From assembly GCA_001695645.1 (NCBI GenBank), contig LVZN01000014.1, positions 1 through 32,000 on the forward strand: a stretch of DNA of 32,000 nucleotides, given 5' to 3'. The position numbers and the translations under genes were made by a program. The notes under the pieces were generated by a model. It had not been told where the DNA came from, did no database searches, and worked only from the letters and a program-made list of their open reading frames with translations. This document shows, one piece after another, positions 27,074-32,000 of this stretch (position 1 is its first letter; the number at the start of each line of letters is the position of its first letter). The DNA is from Erysipelotrichaceae bacterium MTC7 (lineage in GTDB: Bacteria; Bacillota_I; Bacilli_A; Erysipelotrichales; Erysipelotrichaceae).

Positions 27074-27150
27074 ATTGTCTAAAATAGTAAGGCCGTACCG
27101 CTTACTATTTTTTCTTTTACTGCTGAAACAGTATCTTTGATTGAATGCGT
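27074..27150. repeat. 77-bp direct repeat, copy B
   Basis: Matches 26043..26119 at 76/77 positions and forms the 3' end of the kinase C-terminal half. Confidence 0.9.
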
Positions 27151-27366
27151 AGTTGTATCTATAACATTTAATTCATAGATTCCCAAATTGGAAAATTGCT
27201 CCCACATGGTTTCTACCAATTCGATATTTGTCTTTCGGTCTAACTTTGAGCGTTCAACAGCTCGCTTCAAGGTTTCTTCCTTACTTGCCCTTAAAATAAT
27301 ATAATGCACCTCATAATGTTCCCGAACAAGACTTTGCCACGGCTTTAAAAACCACGGTCCGATACC
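27079..27366 (-). pseudogene. C-terminal half of a P-loop small-molecule-kinase-like gene (TmrB/CPT-like, tentative)
   Basis: The frame reads GIGPWFLKPWQSLVREHYEVHYIILRASKEETLKRAVERSKLD...KEKIVSGTALLF. It continues the N-terminal half at 28752..29012 once 27367..28752 is removed. Confidence 0.7.
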
Positions 27367-27566
27367 CTAACTTCCCGGAGAAGAAGCGAATACCAAACAA
27401 CGGAGAGCATCAGAAATACATCCAGGAGGATCATTATCCGGCAATCATCTCACGAGAGACGTTCCGGGCAGTCCAGGAAATGCGTGAGAGCAGAAGCAAC
27501 ATCGAGCGTCATGCAGATGGTACGGTGACCAGAAAGGCCAGGAGGTACACTGGGAAGAAAGAGTAA
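27367..27566 (+). pseudogene. Internal fragment of a large serine recombinase
   Basis: GC-rich. The frame reads ...PEKKRIPNNGEHQKYIQEDHYPAIISRETFRAVQEMRESRSNIERHADGTVTRKARRYTGKKE*. No start codon and no catalytic or zinc-ribbon regions. Confidence 0.6.
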
Positions 27567-27602
27567 ATATTGGTTTAAAGAGTTTTATGACTCGAAATTT
27601 TT

Positions 27603-27947
27603 CTAACAGTTTTTCTGATTTAGGTAATCAATATATTCTTCGCTCCACTCACCAAGAGCATCGAGAACTTTCTCAAATTTTTTTCCGATACTGGTCAATG
27701 AATACTCTACTTTTGGAGGAATCTGGGAATATTCAATGCGTTGAATAAGTCCCTCCTCCTCTAAAGTTTTTAATTGCCTCGACAGAGTAGTATGTGTCAT
27801 TTCGACAGGCATCCTCCGTTGCAGTTCATTAAACCGGATAGGTGCTTCCTGGGATAGAATATATAAGATATACATTGACCATTTTCCAGTCAGAACTTTT
27901 TGAGAAGTTACATATGGACATAATCCAAACAATTGTTTCTTTGCCAT
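27603..27947 (-). CDS. HxlR-family winged-helix transcriptional regulator
   Basis: CPYVTSQKVLTGKWSMYILYIL...RFNELQR...TLSRQLKTLEEEGLIQR...PPKVEYSLT. Start moved to ATG 27947 (MAKKQLFG), which is preceded by aaagga. Confidence 0.85.
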   Translation of the reverse strand: MAKKQLFGLCPYVTSQKVLTGKWSMYILYILSQEAPIRFNELQRRMPVEMTHTTLSRQLKTLEEEGLIQRIEYSQIPPKVEYSLTSIGKKFEKVLDALGEWSEEYIDYLNQKNC

Positions 27948-27988
27948 AATGGTATCCTTTCTGATAGTGGTATCATAAAATATCGTAC

Positions 27989-28017
27989 TTGTGATTTTGC
28001 ACTTACGATCGTATAAT
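27989..28017 (+). promoter_or_regulatory. Candidate sigma-70 promoter for the PNPOx-like gene in the divergent intergenic region
   Basis: -35 TTGTGA (27989-27994), a 17-nt spacer, -10 TATAAT (28012-28017). Confidence 0.5.
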
Positions 28018-28083
28018 GTCAGTATACTTGAAATCGACATTCAAGTCAATTAAATGAAATCAATCAGAAAGGAAATGATTATT

Positions 28084-28479
28084 ATGAAAGAAGTATATGA
28101 ATTTTTAAAGAATTGTGGTACGTTTTATCTTGCAACGGAGGAGAATGGCCAGCCTCATGTCCGCCCGTTTGGCACAGTATGTGAGTTTGAAGGGAAATTA
28201 TACATTGTAACAACCAATCAGAAAAAGGTATATCAGCAAATGTTGAAGAATGGAAAAGTGGAAATTTGCGGTATGAACAAGGGAAAATGGATACGTGTAG
28301 AGGGAACTGTAAAAGAGGACTTGCGTCGTGAGGCAAGAGTTGCAATGATGGAGGAAAATACCGCTGCGCTTAGCAGTATGTTTTCTGTGGATGATAATTT
28401 GATGACCGTATTGTACTTTGAGAATGGAACGGCAACGATTTATTCATCTACAGAGGATCCAAAAGTTATTACATTGTAG
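28084..28479 (+). CDS. Pyridoxamine-5'-phosphate-oxidase-like (split-barrel FMN-binding) family protein
   Basis: MKEVYEFLKNCGTFYLATEENGQPHVRPFG...GKLYIVTTNQKKVYQQMLKNGKVEIC. Start moved to ATG 28084, downstream of aaagga. Divergent from the HxlR gene. Confidence 0.75.
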   Translation: MKEVYEFLKNCGTFYLATEENGQPHVRPFGTVCEFEGKLYIVTTNQKKVYQQMLKNGKVEICGMNKGKWIRVEGTVKEDLRREARVAMMEENTAALSSMFSVDDNLMTVLYFENGTATIYSSTEDPKVITL

Positions 28480-28508
28480 TTCCAAAGCTATTTGACAAGG
28501 ATAAAAGA

Positions 28509-28643
28509 ATGGATTTCACAAAATTTCATTGGACAAGAGAGCCGGATTTGCACAGGATAAATAAGGACTCCATTGAGATTATCACATTACATGTATATAA
28601 TACAATAAAAAAGGAAACAAATCGAAAACTTCCGCTTTATTAA
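28509..28643 (+). pseudogene. Possible 5' remnant of a DUF1349-like gene
   Basis: A 44-codon ORF begins MDFTKFHWTREPDLHRINKDSIEIIT, which I recall as a DUF1349-type N-terminus. It then runs into AT-rich unrelated sequence. Confidence 0.3.
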
Positions 28644-28660
28644 ACTGAATACCCATTATG

Positions 28661-28693
28661 AGCACTGGTTAGCAATAACTGGTGCTTTTCTTT
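28661..28693 (+). terminator. Candidate intrinsic terminator at the right end of the inserted segment
   Basis: Stem agcactggtt / aactggtgct (two G-U pairs), a 6-nt loop, then ttttctttgg. Confidence 0.45.
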
Positions 28694-28751
28694 GGTTTTA
28701 GGTAAACGACCTATGATCCGGAATGTATTTTGGCTCCTTTTGCAGCAAAGT

Positions 28752-29012
28752 AATACCGTCAACAATTACATCATATCCACCACGAGCATATCGCTTCGCA
28801 GCTTCTAAAAACGCTTCAATGACAATCAAATTTTGCTCATTTGATTCTGGTAAATGCGGTGGTATTGCCCCTTTACTCAAATAATGATAAAAGTCATCTG
28901 TGTGCATATGCACAGACTTTTCCAAATCTGATTCTTTTGCAACAGCAGATGCCGTTGTAGTTTTTCCTGTCCCCGGCGCACCTGTGATTACAATAATTCT
29001 ACCTTGATTTAT
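28752..29012 (-). pseudogene. N-terminal half of the same P-loop kinase-like gene
   Basis: INQGRIIVITGAPGTGKTTTASAVAKESDLEKSVHMHTDDFYHYL...GGYDVIVDGI. SD ggagg lies upstream, but the codon at the expected start position is ATA, directly after an in-frame TAG. After ...DGI the frame runs into insert sequence. Confidence 0.7.
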
Positions 29013-29056
29013 CTATATTTTACCTCCACAAATTCCGATTTGTTGATAACTCATTA

Positions 29057-29094
29057 TATCATAAATCTATTCACTGTATCATAAATCTATCCAC
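29057..29094. repeat. Two 18-bp direct repeats with 20-bp periodicity upstream of the kinase gene
   Basis: tatcataaatctattcac (29057-29074) and tatcataaatctatccac (29077-29094), one mismatch. Confidence 0.8.
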
Positions 29095-29132
29095 TTTTCA
29101 ATCTATATCACGCAATTAACTTGGAAAGGAAC

Positions 29133-29161
29133 ACCGCCGAGCAATGGGTTATCTCGGCGGT
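29133..29161 (-). terminator. GC-rich hairpin directly after the pcp fragment's stop
   Basis: Perfect 9-bp stem accgccgag / ctcggcggt with an 11-nt loop. The T-tract (gttcctttcc) is weak. Confidence 0.4.
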
Positions 29162-29168
29162 CACTCTT

Positions 29169-29495
29169 TTACTCGTTGTCCGCTCCATACGATACCGACG
29201 ACGGAATTCCGTTATCATTTAGATTTTTCTCGATATCCTTCACCGGAAGTGAGGAAAAATACGCTTCTCTTCCCTCTTTTATTATAAGCTCGTGGCACGG
29301 CTTGTTTCCGGCGTTGTCGGGAATGCGCGCGTCCATTATGTTCACGGCTATCATCTCGGGAGTAATGGCGGCTCTCCCTCCGGCTTGACCTACGCACACC
29401 ACCGCGTCGGGTCTGTATTGCTCCACCGCTTTTTTAAGAACCTCTCCTGCCTTTCCAAACACCGTCGGCACTTCGAGCTTTAAAATTTCCGCGCC
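29169..29495 (-). pseudogene. pcp: Internal fragment of pyrrolidone-carboxylate peptidase
   Basis: GC-rich. GAEILKLEVPTVFGKAGEVLKKAVEQYRPDAVVCVGQAGGRAAITPEMIAVNIMDARIPDNAGNKP...FSSLPVKDI matches the Pcp core. It lacks the N-terminus and the catalytic-Cys C-terminal part. Confidence 0.8.
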
Positions 29496-29496
29496 T

Positions 29497-29702
29497 TGTA
29501 TATCGTTTTAAGGGCAAGTAAAGAAGAAACTATGAAGCGAGCTATCGAACGCTCAAAGTTAGACAGAGAAACAAATATTGAATTAGTTGAAACAATGTGG
29601 AAGCAATTTTCCAATTTGGGAATCTATGAATTAAATGTTATAGATACAACTACGCATTCAATCAAAGATACTGTTTCCGCAGTACAAGAAAAAATCGCAA
29701 GT
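29497..29702 (+). pseudogene. Third, inverted and diverged copy of the kinase C-terminal segment
   Basis: YIVLRASKEETMKRAIERSKLDRETNIELVETMWKQFSNLGIYELNVIDTTTHSIKDTVSAVQEKIASK. By eye roughly nine-tenths identical to the reverse complement of 27090..27300, including a ~74-nt identical core. Confidence 0.8.
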
Positions 29703-29813
29703 AAGCGCACCACTCTTGTGGAAGAAAGCGAACTTACTCATGTTGCGGCTCCTGATAATCCCACGAAAGAGTTTGAGAACCGGCAAGAGCGTTTTGGATT
29801 GTCAACACCTATT
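29703..29813 (+). pseudogene. ECF sigma-factor fragment (inter-region linker), 5'-truncated and cut by the IS
   Basis: GC rises here. The frame reads ...LVEESELTHVAAPDNPTKEFENRQERFGLSTPI, fused in frame to the kinase fragment. Confidence 0.5.
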
Positions 29814-29851
29814 TGTACAATCTAAAATCGAACGTACTAATTTAAGATTAA

Positions 29852-30664
29852 CTAATAATATCTATTTAATCTTAAATGTCTATATTTAACTGGTGGCAAG
29901 TAACCTAAGGATCCATGGATCCTTATGTTGTTGTACCAATAAACATACTCTGATAGTTCTAATTTTAGTTGATTTAAACTTCTAAATTCTTTCTGATAAA
30001 CAAATTCTGTTTTCATTACCTTATTAAATGCTTCAGCTACAGCATTATCATATGGACTTCCTTTTTTGCTTAAGGATCTTTCTATTCCAAATACATCTAG
30101 GATTTTATCTATACTCTTGTTATCAAATTCTCTTCCTCTATCTGTATGGAATATTTTTATTTTATTTAATGGATATCTTATTGAGTAAATTGCTTCTTTT
30201 ACTAATTCAGCACTTTTATTTTTCCCAGCTGCATATCCTATTATTTCCCTGTTGTGTAAATCGATTATTGCACAGATGTAGTTCCAGCTATTTCCTACTC
30301 TTACATAGGTTAAGTCACTTACACATGCTTCTAAAGATTCTCTATTATTAAAGTGTCTGTCTACTTTATTTGCTATTTTTTTGTTATTGCATTTACTTTT
30401 TTCTACCTTGTATTGTTTTACTGTATAGCTTGATACTAAGGCGTGCTTTTTCATTATTCTACATATTTTTCTTCTTGATACTACTATGTCTTGATTTTCT
30501 AGTTCTACTTTGATTTTTCTTGATCCATACGCGTTTTTACTTTTTCTGAATATTTCTTTGATTTTTTCTTCTAAAAGCTCTTCTGTTTTTAGGTTATTTT
30601 TGGATTCTTCTTTGTTTAGGTGATAGTATATTAAGCTTCTTGTTATTCCTAAAAACTTACACAT
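29852..30664 (-). CDS. IS3-family transposase OrfB (DDE), expressed presumably as OrfAB by a -1 frameshift
   Basis: DDE residues in CVSDLTY, FHTDRGREF and YDNAVAEAFN. The orfB frame is open upstream to ~30750 and is offset by -1 from orfA. Confidence 0.85.
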   Translation of the reverse strand: MCKFLGITRSLIYYHLNKEESKNNLKTEELLEEKIKEIFRKSKNAYGSRKIKVELENQDIVVSRRKICRIMKKHALVSSYTVKQYKVEKSKCNNKKIANKVDRHFNNRESLEACVSDLTYVRVGNSWNYICAIIDLHNREIIGYAAGKNKSAELVKEAIYSIRYPLNKIKIFHTDRGREFDNKSIDKILDVFGIERSLSKKGSPYDNAVAEAFNKVMKTEFVYQKEFRSLNQLKLELSEYVYWYNNIRIHGSLGYLPPVKYRHLRLNRYY

Positions 30665-30705
30665 TGCACTAATACTGTATTTGTCTCTATTTGAGATTAT
30701 GAGCT

Positions 30706-30981
<276 letters not shown>

Positions 30982-31044
30982 TTTAAAATCCTCCTATGAT
31001 TTCTTATTATTTATTGTATCATATATTCGATTTTAAATTGTACT

Positions 31045-31256
31045 ATTTATTGTATCCATACCATTTTGCACTATATCGAGCAATGCAACAGTTAGATGCC
31101 GAAACTCGTGAAGTAATCCATCTGCGATTAGCCGGTGATTTCTCTTTCCGTGACATCGGTGACATTCTTGGGCACAGCGAAGTATGGGCTCGAGTGCGCT
31201 TTTATCGTGGTAAGGAAAAACTTGTAAAGATTATCGGAGGTGATAACAATGCGTGA
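31045..31256 (+). pseudogene. ECF sigma-factor region 4 (3' part of the IS-disrupted gene)
   Basis: ALYRAMQQLDAETREVIHLRLAGDFSFRDIGDILGHSEVWARVRFYRGKEKLVKII. The leading part of track ORF 30996..31256 is IS-end sequence, not coding sequence. Confidence 0.7.
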
Positions 31257-31914
31257 AACCAATCTTGACTGCTGCGTAGTCAGGGATTTACTCCCATCCT
31301 ATCTTGAAGAATTGACCGAGACAGAGACCTCTGCTATGGTCAGAGAACACATTGAGCATTGTGCGGCCTGCCGCCAGCTTGAAGAGGATATGCGCAGGCA
31401 GGTTCCTATTGAAAAAGCGCCACAGCGTGCACTTAGATTTTTAAAGCGTGTTAAACGCACTCGCTTAATAGCGGCAATTCTTTCCGCACTTGTTGCCCTG
31501 TTTTGTATAGGGTGGCTCTATGATTTGGAGTTTCATTATGCCAATACAGAAGCCGGTAGGCTGGAAGCGGTATGTGACTATATTCCTTCACCGGAAGGCA
31601 ACACTATTTCCGGTGTGGAAGCAGGAACTCCGGTTCGTGCAGTCTCGTGGCAAACAATAGACAATCACCTGCTGATCTTTTTCGCAGCTGATAACGAGGA
31701 AAATGTTCATGGTGTTATGCATCTTTACTCTGTTAATCCTGTTCAAATTTTATTCCTCCTCTGTGACTTCCATAAAAAGTATATCCTATGCGTTCTTAAG
31801 CTAGCTGCTGTTAGTGCTTCTCATTGCACCCTGGTTATAAAAGCCATACTCACAAACCTCTTCACCAAAACTCTTTACATCTCTAATATAGAACTCTATC
31901 TAGCGAACTTTTAG
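31249..31914 (+). pseudogene. zf-HC2 anti-sigma factor, 3'-truncated (authentic part to ~31725)
   Basis: ATG 31249 follows ggaggtg and overlaps the sigma stop. Zinc motif HIEHCAACRQ; TM LIAAILSALVALFCIGWLY. After ~31725 GC drops and the frame runs through unrelated AT-rich DNA. Confidence 0.65.
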
Positions 31915-32000
31915 AAAAGATATAAAACATCAGAGTATGGACAGTTGCGGATGTACTTCAGAAAAGATTAGATGTCTAAAAAGCTTGTAGTTAAAGCTTT
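31896..32000 (-). other. 3' flank and terminator region recalled from downstream of aph(3')-IIIa (aphA-3), in inverted orientation
   Basis: The reverse complement reads aaagctttaactacaagctttttagacatctaatcttttctgaagtacatccgcaactgtccatactctgatgttttatatcttttctaaaagttcgctagata. That matches my memory of the sequence following the aphA-3 stop codon in widely used kanamycin cassettes. Confidence 0.6.

Noticed and set aside
27948-28083. Long N-terminal extensions of the HxlR ORF (to 28040) and the PNPOx ORF (from 28054)
   Set aside because: The extensions would overlap each other across the divergent promoter region and lack SDs. The internal ATGs at 27947 and 28084 have aaagga upstream and match typical family N-termini.
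28082-28345. Minus-strand 87-aa ORF
   Set aside because: It is antisense to the PNPOx-like gene, with no SD and a low-complexity product.
29176-29483. Three overlapping ORFs (29176..29388 +, 29215..29397 -, 29292..29483 +)
   Set aside because: They lie in the GC-rich Pcp fragment, where stop codons are rare in all frames. Only the Pcp frame shows family similarity.
30996-31044. First 16 codons of track ORF 30996..31256
   Set aside because: This part is the right terminal inverted repeat of the IS, not sigma-factor coding sequence. The ATG is fortuitous.
31726-31914. C-terminal ~63 residues of the anti-sigma ORF
   Set aside because: A GC drop and loss of protein-like character indicate read-through into unrelated AT-rich DNA after a recombination junction.

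Overview
The window is AT-rich, Firmicutes/clostridial-type mobile DNA in two parts.

(1) nt 1 to ~26000 holds about 23 co-directional minus-strand genes forming the core of a conjugative element (ICE or plasmid). No relaxase, coupling protein or integrase lies in the window.
- A Gram-positive T4SS block: OB-fold SSB-like, Maff2-like, VirB6-like, PrgI-like, VirB4-like ATPase, NlpC/P60 hydrolase, DUF4315-like, coiled-coil surface protein, DUF4366-like.
- An AbiEi/AbiEii module with its own promoter/operator and terminator.
- An establishment/anti-restriction operon with overlapping genes: topoisomerase III, C5-cytosine methyltransferase, a 2547-aa polyvalent protein (ArdC-like + N6-MTase + SNF2 helicase), and a second SSB-like protein.
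- A separate operon of a short ABC ATPase, a large multi-TM permease and a small membrane protein.

(2) nt ~26000 to 32000 is a resistance-type mosaic of mixed GC.
- An intact low-GC APH-family phosphotransferase is flanked by 77-bp direct repeats.
- A P-loop kinase gene is split by a 1.39-kb insertion, and its 3' end recurs four times.
- There are fragments of a serine recombinase, a pyrrolidone-carboxylate peptidase and a DUF1349-like gene.
- An intact divergent HxlR / PNPOx-like pair is present.
- An IS3-family element with a target duplication sits inside a truncated ECF sigma / anti-sigma pair.
- The right edge carries sequence I recognise as the 3' flank of aph(3')-IIIa.

Most unusual observations:
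- A TnpV-like ORF nested in an alternate frame inside the linker of the giant gene.
- An identically spaced C-terminal tail shared by the giant protein and the adjacent SSB-like protein, a candidate T4SS export tag.
- Two intrinsic terminators bracketing an 8-codon mini-ORF just upstream of the transfer operon.

No rRNA, tRNA or CRISPR array was seen. Hand-derived coordinates (not from the ORF track) may be off by 1-2 nt. All family names come from motif recognition or recollection, not from searches.
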